From assembly GCF_964213995.1 (NCBI RefSeq), contig NW_027590479.1:1-64000 (forward strand): a DNA stretch of 64,000 nucleotides, in the 5' to 3' direction. Of the stretch, positions 1 to 14,019 are shown piece by piece. Source of the stretch: Mustelus asterias (lineage: Eukaryota). The notes beneath the pieces were generated by a model, which did not search any database, was not told where the DNA came from, and was given only the letters and a program-made list of their open reading frames with translations. The position numbers were made by a program, and so were the translations under genes. Numbering within the stretch: position 1 is the stretch's first letter; every line of letters begins with the position of its first letter.

Positions 1-627
1 TGGCCTCTCCCCATTATGAATTCTCTGGTGTTTCAGCAGGTCGGATGAATCAGTGAATCCCTTCCCACAATCAGAGCAGGTGAACGTCCTCTCTCCAATG
101 TGAACTCGCTGGTGTTTCAGCAGGATAGAAGAGGTAGGGAATCCCTTCCCACACTCAGAGCATCTGAATGGTCTCTCTCTAGTGTGAACTCTCTGGTGTG
201 TCAGCAGGATTGATGAGGTAGCAAATCCCTTCCCACACTCATGACAGTTGAATGGCCTCTCCCCAGTGTGAACCCACCGGTGTTTCAGCAGATGGGATGA
301 ACAAATGAATCCCATCCCACACTTGGAGCAGGTGAACGGTCTCTCCCCAGTGTGAACTCGTCGGTGTGTCAACAAGATGGATGAGGTAGTGAATCCCTTC
401 CCACACTCAGAGCAGGTGAATGGTCTCTCTCCAGTGTGATTGTGTCGATGAGTTTTCAGTTCAGATGGAAATCTGAATCTCTTCCCACAGTCTCCACATT
501 TCCATTGTTTCTCCCTGTTGTGACTGCATTTATGTTTCAACAGGCCAGATGATCGGCTGAATGTTCGTCCACACACAGAACACGTGTACGGTTTCTCTCC
601 ACTGTTAACCGTGCTTTCCCCTTCCAT
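1..627 (-). CDS. C2H2 zinc-finger gene A (KRAB-less); 3' end lies outside the window
   Basis: Manual translation from ATG at 627 gives [36 protein letters not shown]...[10 protein letters not shown]...[16 protein letters not shown]. The frame stays open for 209 codons (7 fingers) to the window edge. Splice acceptor ttttacag|GATATTAG, with the exon starting at 736. Confidence 0.9.
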   Translation of the reverse strand, partial: MEGESTVNSGEKPYTCSVCGRTFSRSSGLLKHKCSHNREKQWKCGDCGKRFRFPSELKTHRHNHTGERPFTCSECGKGFTTSSILLTHRRVHTGERPFTCSKCGMGFICSSHLLKHRWVHTGERPFNCHECGKGFATSSILLTHQRVHTRERPFRCSECGKGFPTSSILLKHQRVHIGERTFTCSDCGKGFTDSSDLLKHQRIHNGERP

Positions 628-1289
628 GTTTGAAACCCAATGATATTCAGATTACACTAATTTAGGCGATAGCGTCAGATCCTGATGCGATGTTTGGTTT
701 GAGTTTTCTCCCTTCCACTCCTGCACTTCTAATATCCTGTAAAAAAAAAGTCCAAAGTTAAAAATTGAAGCAAATATTTCTCTTGGTTTGAGTTTACTGT
801 GTGTAAATCCTCCCCTTCTCACCCTCTGGAAAAGGAGACTCCAAAATCCATCAATGTCAGTCCAGGATAGAAATTCACATTTTCTCACAGGGACAGTGAT
901 AACCGTGCCTGTGTCCTGCCCCCGAGAAAGATGACAGCCATTAACCCAAGTCTATCAGTGTTTCTCCTTCACTATTTCATGTGATGTGGGTTTTATTGCC
1001 AAGACCAGAATTTATTTCCTGCCCCTGAGGAGGGCAGTTCGAGACTGAATCGCACGTTGACAAGTCTATGGAAAGACAGCAGATTCCCATGAATAAACAG
1101 GATGGGTTTTTTAAATTGTTCACAGCTGTAATGGTTACTCAAGTGAAATTATATTCCAGATTTTCCAGCGTTTTGTGAATTCTATTTAAACCCCCCCAGC
1201 TCCATGATGGGACTTGAACCCCTGTCCCCAGAACATTAGGCTGTGTCACTGATATTACCACCACCTCCCCGATTGTAGAGGTGCTGCAA

Positions 1290-1560
1290 TTACCCCCCGG
1301 GTCGGTGCAAACTCGGGCCCGGGGGTTCCTTATTCTGGGTTTGAGGCCTCCTCCACTGGCTGTTTCTGAAGCCTCTGCACTCACTTCCCTGCCTCCCTGC
1401 AGCTCCAGCACCCACACTGCGCATGGGCCAGTCCGAATCCGCACAGCGCATGCTCCACTCAGAATCAGGTACTGCGCCTGCGCAAGCGACTGCTATTGTG
1501 ACAATACGGCACAGTCTCTCTCGCTGCGAATGCTGGGTAAGAGGACCGCCATAGGAAGGA
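1290..1560 (-). promoter_or_regulatory. CpG-rich promoter with NRF1-like motifs, probably for ZNF gene A
   Basis: ACTGCGCATG (~1416), AGCGCATGCT (~1445) and ACTGCGCCTGCGCA (1471); locally high CpG; same motif set as the other two ZNF promoters. Confidence 0.6.
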
Positions 1561-1799
1561 GATAATGTTCAACACAAAATTGTATTTTGTCATCCAATTA
1601 CAATCAGAACTACAGGGTTAATATATAAAATTATTAAACCAATTGATACATCTACCAATGTGCATGGTGGGATTGTTACTGGACGAGCATTCCAGAGACC
1701 CAGGGTCCTTTTCGAGTCTACCCCACTCTGTCGTAGGTTGCAGCAAGATATAGTTGGGTTGGTCACATGGGCAGAACAGTGATAGACTTCGAAATATAT

Positions 1800-2756
1800 C
1801 ACCATTCCTTCACAGTCACTGGGTCAAAATCCTGGAATTCCCTCCCTTACCGCATTGTAGGTAAACCCACAGCACATATACTGCAGCGATTCAAGAAGGT
1901 AGCTCACCACTACCTTCTCAAGGGCAACTAGGGATGGCCAGCGAGCGATGCACATGTCCCACAAATGAATAAAAAAAATATGGTATTTAACCTTGATAAG
2001 TGCGAAGTGATGCACTTTGGAAGAAGCAACAAGACAGGAAATAATTAATGAAAGGAAGGACACGAGGTAAAATCAGAGGAGCTTGGGGTACTTATTCACT
2101 TAAGGTAGCAGAGCAGGCGAATAGAATAGATAAGAAGGCATATGAGACACTTGCTTTTATCAGTGGTGGCATACAGTATAAGAACATGGAGATAATGTTG
2201 GAGCTGTACAGAATGTTGGTTAGGCCACAGCTTGAGTACTGTGTGCAGTTCTGGTCACCTCACTATAGGAAGGGTGTGATTGCACTGGAGGGGGTACACA
2301 GGAGATTCACCAGGATGTTGCCTGGGATGGAACATTTGAGCTATAAGGAGACTGGATAGGTTTAGAGTGTTTAGAGCAGAGAAGGCTGAGGGGGACATGA
2401 CTGTGGTGAATAAGATTATGAAGGATATGGACCGGGTGAGTAGAACCCTTGGTTGAGGGGGTCAAGCATGAGGGGACATAGCTTTAGGGTGCCAGACAAG
2501 AGATTCAGGGGGGAGTTGAGAAAAAAAAATCAGAGGGTGGTGGGAATCTGTAATAAACTGCCTGGGAAGGTAGTGGAGGCTGGAAACGTAACAACCATTA
2601 AAAAGTATTTGGATGAGCACTTGAAATATTATAGCATTCAGATAAGGATATGGAACAAGTGCTGGAAAATAGGATTAGCATGGGGTTTAGTGGTAGCTAT
2701 TGTTGGTGCAGACTCTGTGGGTCGAAGGGTGTTTTCTGCACTGTATGACTATGACT
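1800..2756 (+). mobile_element. LINE 3' fragments (a short CR1/L2-group tail, then a CR1 ORF2 C-terminus)
   Basis: ORF 2048-2359 contains the CR1 motif LYRMLVRPQLEYCVQFWSPH; short-repeat tail (tatgac)n near 2745. Confidence 0.85.
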
Positions 2757-4311
2757 GTAACTCTCGCTCAGTCTCTTTCACTCGAACAGTCTCTGTGTCT
2801 CTATCTATTTCCCTCTTTTGGTCTTTGTTCTATTTGCTCACTGTCTTTGTGCAACTAAATTTCACTGGATTGATTCCTGAGATGAGGCGGTTGTCTTTGG
2901 AGGACATTCAGTGGGATGAGTCTGTCCTCTCTGAAATTCAGAATCATGAGAAGTGATACAATTGAAAAGAGAGAGGAAAGGATCAGGAAAGCAGCAAACA
3001 CTTTATGTTGTTCCAGGAAAAGTGGGTCTAGTGGTGTGGATGTCAGGTTTTACACAGCAGATGGTCAGCCTGTGGATTCACCCAGGATGAAGAATCTCTG
3101 AATGATTCTACTCAAATCACCCGGAGAGGAACCTTTGAGACAAACCACCTAAGAAGCAGCAGCACATAAAGATATCCAAACACAGAGATCCAAACACACT
3201 CTCTCTCCCTGTCTCTTACACGGACATGGGCAAACATAGAGACACACCCACACCCAGACAGACATCTTCATTCATAGACACACACCCACACCCAGACAGA
3301 CATCTTCATTCATAGACACACCCACACAGATAATTCCAGCCCTGTCATGTGGAGAATACAGCCCATTCTGACTAATACTGGAGATGAAATAACAGTGTCT
3401 TTACAAACCACAATGTTTGAGAAATTCAAGTAACCATTACCCTCCAGGGATTGTGAGCAGTTCTGATGACCCATTTCCACTCCTTTCTCTAAACTTGAGT
3501 CTACGTTGAACAACATCTGGGAGAGCAGCAGTGACAAATCACGAACACTGAGCTGCCTCTTGTCAGCCTGGGTGAAGAGCCCTGCTGGGAGATAGTGTAA
3601 ATTACAGAACAACATCCCAGGGGAATCAGTGTCTCTTGGTTCTGGAATTACAGAAGATGCTAATTCCCCTCACATTGATGGTCCAGTTAATGAAGAGAAT
3701 TCTAAGATAGGTTTCAAGCATAAAGAATATAATGTTGTTTTGACTCTGTCATCCTGGCCTCATTCATTACTGCTCCAATGTCCTGGGAAATGTGCTGCAC
3801 CACATCCAGCAGGTACCACAGACACTGTTCATCTTTTTCAAAATGTGGATTCGAATCCGGGTCCCCAGAACATTAGCTGGGTTTCTGGATTAATAGTCTA
3901 TCGATAATACCATTAGACATCACCTCCCCCAAATTTGTTCCCTTTAGAACAAAGAAGCTTAAATGGAGATTTCATGGATCTGTTCAAGATTATGGGGGTG
4001 GGGACGGGTGGTTTGATGGAGCAGGTCGGGAGAAACTGTTCCACTGATGCGGGTCAGTAACCAGAGGACTGGGATTGAAGATAATTAAAGACAGACAGAC
4101 TGGCATCAATATCGCACATTTCCCAACCAGCAGGAATCACAATGGGATCATTGTTATAATGAAGGCTGAATGGCCGAATGCTGCTCCTACGGCTTATGGT
4201 CTATTCCTTAGTTCCCTCGAAACGGGGATAATCCCAGCCTCCCAAATGAAGATGTAGTCATTCAAAAATTAAAGCAAAGTTGATTTTTTTTATTTTGAAC
4301 CCAGAATACTA

Positions 4312-5336
<1,025 letters not shown>

Positions 5337-6239
5337 GTTCAAAATCCAATGATACGCATATTACGATAAATTGGGCGACTCTGTCAGATCTTGATGTGAT
5401 GTTTGGTTTCAGTTTTCCGACTGCAAATCCTCACCTTTGAATATGCTGTGAAATTGATTTAAAAAAGAAAAAAAGAGAGTGAGAGAGAACCCACAAAAAC
5501 ACAAAGGCAGGTTGTGAAATTGAGCTGAATGAATCTGGTAATTTGTGGGGCCGGCACTGGGAAAAAGAGACCAAGAAAACTGATGGATTGTCACAAAAAC
5601 CCAACTGGTTCACTAATGTCCTTCAGGGAAGGGAACCTTTGAGCCAGTCTGAACCTATACAAGACCAGAGCTTCAATGTGAAGAGGCAGCGGATGGGCGG
5701 GATTAAGAGATGTGGGAGGAGAAGAGGTGAAGGAGTGGATACATCAACAACCAGACAGAAACTCCCAAACCCTCAACCTCCACCATTTAGAAAGACCAGG
5801 TTCACAGGTGAATGTGAACATCATCACCTCAAAGTCACACAGCATCGCGACTGGACTGAGATCCTGTCCTGGATTAGGAGAAGTTTCCTCCATTTAAAGA
5901 GTGAGAAACATGAAACAATTGTCTTCAGTCCGTGCTACAAACTCCACCCCGTGGACACTGACACCATCCCACTCTGGTGCTGAAGCAGGCTGTTTACAAC
6001 CAGGTTCAAATATTTATTTTCTAAATCTGACTTTGCAGGGTCGACAAGGCCGTTTCCCGTGCCAAGGCCCATGCCTGGTCTGCCCATTTCCATACCTTTT
6101 TAGTAACTTTGTACTAGTTGGGTACAACTGAGTGGCTTGCTGTGTCATATCAGAGGGAATTTAAGATTCAACCAGGGAGCTGACAATGATTCTGAAGGGT
6201 TTGCGGATCCACAAAGTGTTTCCAAATCCTCCCAGCCAC

Positions 6240-6502
6240 CGCCTAACGCTGACTCCGCTTCTCCGGGACAAACAAGCGCCAAGGACAGCAATGACACTGC
6301 GCATGCTCCACATCACAATGCCCGGGCACTGATTGACGGCAGCTCCGGACCAATAGGAAGAGGAGCGGCTGGTCCTCCAACCAATCGGAGTGAATGAGGG
6401 GCGGGACCTGAAGCATGCGCAGTGCGGGGAATGGCGACGGACGGTTTCCCTTTATCCAATTCCCGATGGGGAACTTTAGAAAATTGAACAACATCAACAT
6501 CT
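6240..6502. promoter_or_regulatory. Probable bidirectional promoter for ZNF B (-) and ZNF C (+), including non-coding exon 1 of C
   Basis: NRF1-like ACTGCGCATGC (6296) and GCATGCGCAGT (6413), CCAAT at 6350 and 6381, GC box GGGGCGGG, AATGGCG; splice donor ACATCT|GTGAGT at 6503. Confidence 0.7.
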
Positions 6503-6659
6503 GTGAGTAAAACACTTCCTTTTCTCCACCTTTCCATTTCTTTTCTAATTCTGGGGGGAAATTGGGGACTTGCAGCAACTGAAGGGAAAGGAAGTGAATC
6601 CAGGGAGGCTGCAGACTCTGGAAAGGTTGGCCCAGGTTTCCCTCTCTCTTAAACCAGAA

Positions 6660-7857
6660 AATGATCCATTTCTGCCCACTGTTTGCTGTTAGCCAATCTT
6701 CTATCCACGCCAATATGTCATCCCCGCAGCATGAATTTTTATTTGCTGCAATAACCTTTGATGTGGCACCTCATCAAATGTCTTCTGGAAATCTGAGTAC
6801 AGCGCATCCACTGGTTTCCCTTTATCCAATTCCCGATGGGGAATTTTAGAAAATTGAACTACACATCAACTATCTCACTCTGTTAAGACCCGAGAATGAA
6901 GCCCAGCAGGACCCGAGGACTCATCAGCCCACAGCTCCAACAGTTTGCTGAGGACCACTTCCCTGGGAATTGTGCTTTTTCAGAGTTCATCCCACACTTC
7001 TGTTTTCTGATTTCCAGCTGTTTCTGAGTTTTAACTGTATCCTCTATTGTGAACACCGAGGCAAAATACTTGTTCAATTCATCTCCCAGCTCCTTATTTT
7101 TCATTCTCAATTCCTGGACTCACTTTCTATTAGACAGTTAAGAAATGAGGTCGAGCAAGTGACTGAAGTGTCAGTCAGGGAGCACAATTGGGAGCACCAA
7201 TAGTTTCAAAATAGTTCTGGAAAAAGATGGGACAGGTCCACAGGTCAAGGCCCTAAACAGGAGCAGGGCCACTTTTGTGGGCATTAGGCAGGATCGAGCA
7301 GATGTCGATTCGGTGAGTTTGTTTGAAGGGAAAGGAATGACTGGCAAATGGGAGGTTTTAAAAGTGTGATATCAAGAGTCCAGGGGCAGTATATTCCTGT
7401 TAAGATGAAGGGAAAGAATGGTAAATTTAGGGATCTCTGGCAGACAAGGGACATTGAGGCTCTGGTCAGGTAAAAGAAGGAAGCAGACATTGGGTTTAGG
7501 CAATCGGGGACAAGTGAATCACTCTGACTATAAAAAGTGTAAGAAAACACTGAAGAGGGAAATCAGGAGGACAAAAAGAGGGTATGATATGGATCTGGCA
7601 GGTAAAATTAAAGACAATTCCAAGAGGTTCTATAGCTATATTAAGAGTAAAAGGGTGGCTAGAGAGAGAATAGATCCCCTTAAAAATCAGCATGGCCATC
7701 TGTGTGTGGAGCCACAGGAGATGGGTGAGATTTTTAATGAATACTTCTCCTCTGTGTTTACTGCGGAGAGCACCATGGGTGCTAAAGAAATAAGGGAAAC
7801 AAGTGGTGATGTCTTGGGCACACGCATGCTACTTGGGAGGAGGTATCTGCAGCCTTA
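6660..7857. mobile_element. CR1 ORF2 fragments in both orientations, within intron 1 of ZNF C
   Basis: LNKYFASVFTIED on - (6883-7110) and EMGEIFNEYFSSVFT on + (7418-7942). Confidence 0.85.
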
Positions 7858-8045
7858 TAAAAGCAAATTACTGCGGATGCTGGAATCTGAAACCAAGAGA
7901 GAAAATGCTGGAAAATCTCAGCAGGTCTGGCAGCATCTGTAAGGAGAGAAAAGAGCTGATGTTTCTTGTCTAGATGACCCTTTGTCAAAGCTCTGAAACA
8001 TCAGTTCTTTTCTCTCCATCCAGATGCTGCCACACCTGCTGAGAA
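7858..8045. mobile_element. Penelope-like terminal-repeat fragment with an inverted arm
   Basis: aaatgctggaaaatctcagcaggtctggcagcatctg is followed by its inverse cagatgctgccacacctgctgag; related copies at ~23090-23260 and ~24330-24480. Confidence 0.6.
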
Positions 8046-8530
8046 TGGGGAGAGAGTGTGTGGGATGGAGATTTACAGCTTTTGGGGAATGAGAGAGGAA
8101 AGAATGTTCCATAGAAATTGTCTGTTCTGAATTTCTATCCTGTACTGACACTGATGACTTTTGTAAACTCATTTTACAGGATATTGAAAGAGGAATCACA
8201 GGCCGAAATCTCAAACGTCACGTCCAGACGTGACAGAATCATATTCCTTGGGACCTCAATATCATCGGACTTTGAATCCAGAAGGAGAAATGATTGTCCA
8301 GTCTGTCAATTTGAAAAGATTTGAAATGTCAGTGTGAGTGAAAAAGCATCAACACACTGCCACACTCGAGTGAGAGTGTTCCAATGCACTGACTAAAGAG
8401 CTTTAACCAGTTACACAGTCTGAATAAATATCACACCATTCACAGCGGGGAGAGACTGTAATCTTGTTCTGTGTGTGGACGAAGTTTCAACTGATTGTCC
8501 ACCCAAGAGAGAGGCAAGGACACCTGCACC

Positions 8531-8953
8531 ATGGAGAAACCATGGAAATGTGCGGACAGTGGGAAGAGATACAGAGCCCCATGTCTGCTGGAAGCTCATC
8601 GGCGCAGCCACACTGGGGAGAGGCCGTTCATCTGCTCTCAGTGTGGGAAGGGATTCATTCAGTCATCCCACCTGCAGTCACACCAGCGAGTTCACACTGG
8701 AGAGAGACCATTCACCTGCTCTCAATGTGGGAAGGGATTCACTCAGTTATCCAGCCTGCAGACACACCAGCGAGTTCACACTGGGGAGAGGCTGTTCACC
8801 TGCTCTCAGTGTGGGAAGGGATTCACTCGGTTACCCGACCTGCGGACACACCAGCGAGTTCACACTGGGGAGAGGCCATTCACCTGCTGTCAGTGTGGAA
8901 AGGGTTTCAGCGTTTCATCCCGGCTGCTGAGACACCAGCGAGTTCACGAGTGA
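8531..8953 (+). CDS. C2H2 zinc-finger gene C (4 intact fingers plus 1 with CxxS)
   Basis: ATG at 8531, [12 protein letters not shown]...HQRVHE*; acceptor ttttacag|GATATTG at ~8180. Confidence 0.85.
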   Translation: MEKPWKCADSGKRYRAPCLLEAHRRSHTGERPFICSQCGKGFIQSSHLQSHQRVHTGERPFTCSQCGKGFTQLSSLQTHQRVHTGERLFTCSQCGKGFTRLPDLRTHQRVHTGERPFTCCQCGKGFSVSSRLLRHQRVHE

Positions 8954-9204
8954 TGACAGGGGTTGGATTCTGCTGTTATTGTTTCTGCTCTCAGTTGCAT
9001 CCAGGACTGCATTTTGTTCATTCTCACAGTTGGTCAATGGGGAGGGTCAGAGGGTTTCTTTCTGCTGGACTGGCCGGTCTCAGCCTCCAGGGCGCTGATG
9101 CTCTTTGAGTCTCTTTGCGAATACCTGGTTTCAAATGTCACAAGGATCACAGAGTGACAGGGTGTTAGGAAGTTTCGAGATATTTAGTCAGAAGAAAACA
9201 GAGG

Positions 9205-10245
9205 TTGGCAGTGCAAAGGTACATTTCTGAATGGAGGGCTGTGACAAGTGACATTCCTCAGGGATCAGTGCTGGGACTTTTGCTGTTTGTAATATATATA
9301 AATGATTTGGAGGAAAATGTAACTGGTTTGATTGATAAGTTTGTGGACGACACAAAGGTTGGTGGAAATGCGGATAGCGATGGGAACTGGCAGAGGATAC
9401 AGCAGGACATAGATCAGTTGGAGACTTGGGTGGAGAGATGGCAGATGAAGTTTAATCCGGACAAATGTGAGGTAATGCATTTTGGAAGGTCTAATACAGA
9501 TGGGAAATATACAGTAAATGGCAGAACCCTTAAGAGTATTCATAGGTAGAGGGATCTGGGTGTACAGGTACACAGGTCATTGAAAGTGGCAATGAGATGG
9601 AGAAGATAATCAAGAAGGCATACGGCATGCTTGCCTTCATCGGCCGGGGCATTGAGTTTAAAAATTGGCAAGTCATGTTGCAGCTTTATAGAACCTTTGT
9701 TAGACCGCACTTGGAATCTAGTGTTCAATTCTGGTCACCACACTACCCGAAGAATGTGGAGGCTTTGGAGAGGGTACGGAAAATATTTATCAGGATGTTG
9801 CCTGGTGTGGAGGGCATTAGCTATGAGGAGAGTTGGAGAAACTTGGTTTGTTCTCACTGGAACGACGGAGGTTGAGGAGGGCGACTTGATGGAAGTCTAC
9901 AAGATTATGACAGGTTGGACAGAGTGGATACTCAGAAGCTTTTTCCCAGGGTGGAAGAGCCAGTTACTGGGGGGCATAGGTTTAAGGTGCGAGGGGCAAG
10001 GTTTAAAGGAGATGTACGAGGCAGGTTCTTTACACAGAGGGTGGTGGGTGCCTGGAACTCGTTGCCGGGGAAGGTAGTGGAAGCAGATACGATAGTGACT
10101 TTAAGATGTGTCTTGACAAATATATGAATAGCATAGGAATAGAGGGATATGGTCCCCAGAAAGGTAGGGGGTTTTAGTTCAGACGGGCAGAATGGTTGCT
10201 ACAGGCTTGGAGGGCCAAAGGGCTTGTTTCTGTGCTGTAATTTTA
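9205..10245 (+). mobile_element. 5'-truncated CR1 LINE (RT C-terminal half and 3' UTR)
   Basis: IPQGSVLGLLLFVIYINDL, KFVDDTK and RPHLESSVQFWSPH motifs. Confidence 0.9.
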
Positions 10246-10949
10246 TAGAGAATAGAATAGAATCCCTCCAGTACAGAAGGAGGCCATTCAGCCCATCGAG
10301 CCTGTTCCGACCACAATCCCACCCAGGCCCTACTCCCGCAACCTCACACATTTACCCTGCTAATCCCCCTGACACTAGGATCAGTTTAGTATGGCCAATC
10401 AACCTAACCTTCACATCTTTGGACATTTATTGGTGAAACTAACAATGCAATAACACGAAGGGCCGATAGTTAACAGGGCTATAAAACAGGTGGATGTAAT
10501 CGTCAACAGAGCCCAATTCCCTAAACCTTTCTCATATAGACTTTCACCCGTGCCCTCCTGGCGACCCCACAACATCTCCATCTCCCGTGGTCCAGCGCCA
10601 CATCAACACGTCCCCCCAGGATGCACATCAGAACTGGAGGCAGCCAGCTGCACTCCGCACCCATTTGCCTGTGATGCCCCTGACAGGCGTCTGCTGGAGA
10701 GCTGGGACCGAGAGGGATCCAGCCGTCTTCCTGGTGATATGGATGTATCCTTGCCTTGCTGTTCACCCTGCTGCTCTTGAGATGCACCGGTGTCAGGAAA
10801 GGGGGAGTCGGAAAGCCGTGCATCCCATCGGCCAGAATCCCCCGGGTGGAAGGACCCAGCACCGTCCCCAGGCCCCCCTCCTCCCTCGAGGCGCCAATGG
10901 ACCCCTGGGTCACTCCATGGGACGGTGAAGCTGACTGGGGGGAGAGAGT

Positions 10950-11345
10950 GGTGATTGGGAAATTCTGCAGGGGTGGTGATTGAGGAGGGGGTTGGGTGGA
11001 GCTCTGCAGGAGTCCTGATGGGGGAGAGAGCTAGTGATCGGGGAAACTCTGCAGGGGTGGTGATTGAGGAGAGGGTTAGGGGGTGGAGCTCTGCAGGAGT
11101 CCTGATGGGGGAGAGAGCTGGTGATCGGAGAAACTCTGCAGGGGTGGTGATCGGGGAGGGGGCGAGAGGGGGAACTCTGCAGGGGTGGTGATTGAGGAGA
11201 GGGTTAGTGGGGGGAGCTCTGCAGGAGTCCTGAAGGGGGAGGGAGCTGGTTGTCGGAGAAACTCTGCAGGGGGGGCGAGAGGGGGAACTCTGCAGGGATG
11301 CTGATTGGGGGGAGGGGTTGGTGATTTGGGGGAAACGCTACAGAT
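10950..11345 (+). repeat. G-rich minisatellite of alternating ~42-44 bp subunits built on CTCTGCAGG
   Basis: Recurrent (a/g)ctctgcaggggtggtgattgaggag and gagctctgcaggagtcctgatggggga units. Confidence 0.85.
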
Positions 11346-11759
11346 GAGGAGATTGGCGGGGCGATTTCTGTGGGGAGGGGGGGATGTCCACTGAAGATGG
11401 AAACTGGGAGAATGGAGCGCATGCACAATGACACCCCTCCAGATCAGCAGCTGGCTTCCCCAGCAAGTTTAGGTTCCTCCCCTTCCTCCTGCAGTGAGTA
11501 TTATATTGTGACTGTTTTTGACTAAGTGCCACAAGATTGATTTTTTAAATTTGCCCAAGAAACGAGTTTGAAACTTTTCTCACTCATTCAGCACTTCGAA
11601 TTTTTTTCATGAAATTCCACCCGATGTCTTTTGGTTCTAAACCAGTGGAAACAGACATGCATTTTATCAAAACCTCTCAAAAGTTTGAATATCTCTATTA
11701 AATCTTTCCTTAACCTTTCCTGCTCTATAGAGTGCAATTCCAGCTTCTCTAATCTCTCC

Positions 11760-13830
11760 ATATGGATTATCCATCCTGAGGTCCCTAGTATCACAGATGC
11801 CCATCTTCAGCCAATTCGATTCACTTCAAGGGATATCAATAAACTGCTGAAGGCGATGGATAAGGAAAAATCCAAACTGGCCAACTGCCCTCCAATGTCT
11901 CGAGTCTCGCTCATCAGCAAAATGATGGAAGATGTTGTTGCCAACGGTGCGATCAAGCAGCATTTATACAGCAATAACCTGCTCACTGATGCTCATTTTG
12001 GGTTCCACCGAGGACCACTCACCTCCTGCCTCATTTACAGCCTTTGTCCAAACATGGACAAAAGAGTTGAACTGGGTGATGTTGGAGTGATTGCCATTGA
12101 CATCAAGGCAGCGTTTGACTGTGCGTGGCATCGAGCAACCCTATTAACATTGAAGTCAATGGGAATCAGGGGGAAACTCTCCACCGGCGAGAGCCACATC
12201 CCGCACAGAGGAGGATGATCGCGGTTGTTGGAGGCCAATCATCTCAGCCCTAGGGTAGTGTCCGAGGCCCATCCATCCTCAGTTGCTCCACCAATGACCC
12301 TCCCCCCATCATAAAGTCAAAAGCGGAGCTGTTCATTGATAATTGCAGTCCTCATGACTGAGAATGATACCAGGGATGAGGATTTTGTTTTATTCTTTCA
12401 GGGGATGTGAATGTGACTGGCAAGGCCAACATTCGTTGTGCATCACTGATTGCCCTTGTGAAGAAAGTGAGCCACTTTCTTGAATCGCGGCAATCCATCT
12501 GGTGTAGGTATACCCACAACGCTGTTAGGGAGTTCCAGGAATTTGATGCAGTGACAGAGAAGGAATGGTGATTGATTTTCAAGTCAGAATGGTATGTGAT
12601 GTGGAGTACAATTTGCAGATGGTGGCATTCCCAAACGCTTGCTGCACTTGTTTTTCAAGTGGTAGAAGTTAGGGTTTGGAACATGCTGTGAAAACAGCCT
12701 TGGTGATTTCTTGCAGTGCATCTAATATGTGGGATACACTGCCACCATTGTGGGCTAATGGTGGAGAGTGAATGTTTAAGGTGGTATTTGAGATGCTGAT
12801 CAGGCGAGCTACTTTGTCCTGGATAGGATCTACAAAATTGTTGCAGATACACTCATCCAGGTAAAGAATATTCCCCCTTACTCCTGATTTATACCTTGTG
12901 AATCATGGCAAGCCTTTGGGGAGTCATTAAGTGAGTAACCTGCCACAAAACTCCCAACCTCTGATCTGCTCTTGTAACCTCAGTATTTAAATGACTGGTC
13001 AATGGTAACCCCAAAGTTATTGCTGGTGGGGCATTCACTGATGGTAATGCCATTGAATATCATGGGAAGATGGTTCGATTTTCTTGCTGGAAATAGATAT
13101 TTCCTGATAATTATGTGGTGTCAATATGAATTGACAATCAGCTCCAACCTGAATGTTGTCCTGGTCCTGCGCTGCATGCGGGCAGCTTCAGTATTCAGAG
13201 TTGTGAATGGTCATATACACTGCAATCATCAGTGAACATCCCCGTTTCCGACCCTACGGTGGGGAGACGGTAATTAATGAAGCCGCTGAAAATGATTAGG
13301 CCCAGGAGACATGAGGAACAACAAAATATATTTATATAGCGCCTGAAAGTAATAAAACATCCAAGGAGCATTGTAAAATAAAGTATGACATTGAGCCACA
13401 AAGAAGATATTTGGTTAGATGACCAAAAGTTTGGTCAAAGTGGTAGATTTTAAGGGGTGTGTTAAAGGAGTAAAGCGAGGTGGAGAGTTGGAGACATGTA
13501 GGGATGGTATTCCAGAGGTTGGAGCCGAAGCAATTGAAGGTAGAGCTTGCAATGGTGAAGCAAGGTCAGGGACAAACTAAAGACCAGAATTAGAGCAGTG
13601 TAATATATTGAGGGTTGTGGGGCTTATAGGAGATTATAGATATTGGGACAGGCAAGGTCATGGAGTGATTTGAGACCAAGGATGAGAATTTTAATATTAA
13701 GTTGTTGCTTTACTGGGTGGATCATCGTGCACAAGGGTGATAGTGGAATAACACTTAATGTGAGTTTAAACATGGCCAGCAGAGTTTTAGATGAACCCTG
13801 CAGTGACTCTTGCAGTGATGACTGACCTCC
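11760..13830. mobile_element. Degraded non-LTR (CR1/L2-group) retrotransposon fragments in both orientations
   Basis: RT motifs ISKMMED...HLYSNNLLTDAHFGF...DIKAAFD in ORF 11631-12218; inverted 3' parts follow. Confidence 0.7.
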
Positions 13831-14019
13831 AACAACCACAGCCATCATCGTCTGTACCTGGTATATCCCCAACCGGTGGAGAGTTCCCCCCCGCCAAATC
13901 CTACCGACTCCAACCCTGTGTCGGTCCCTTTCTGCCAAACTCAGTCAAATGGTGTCTTGATGGATTTTCTTTGTTCTTTTTTTTGTTTTCTTTAAAGAAA
14001 ACAAAATTTTCTTTGTTCT

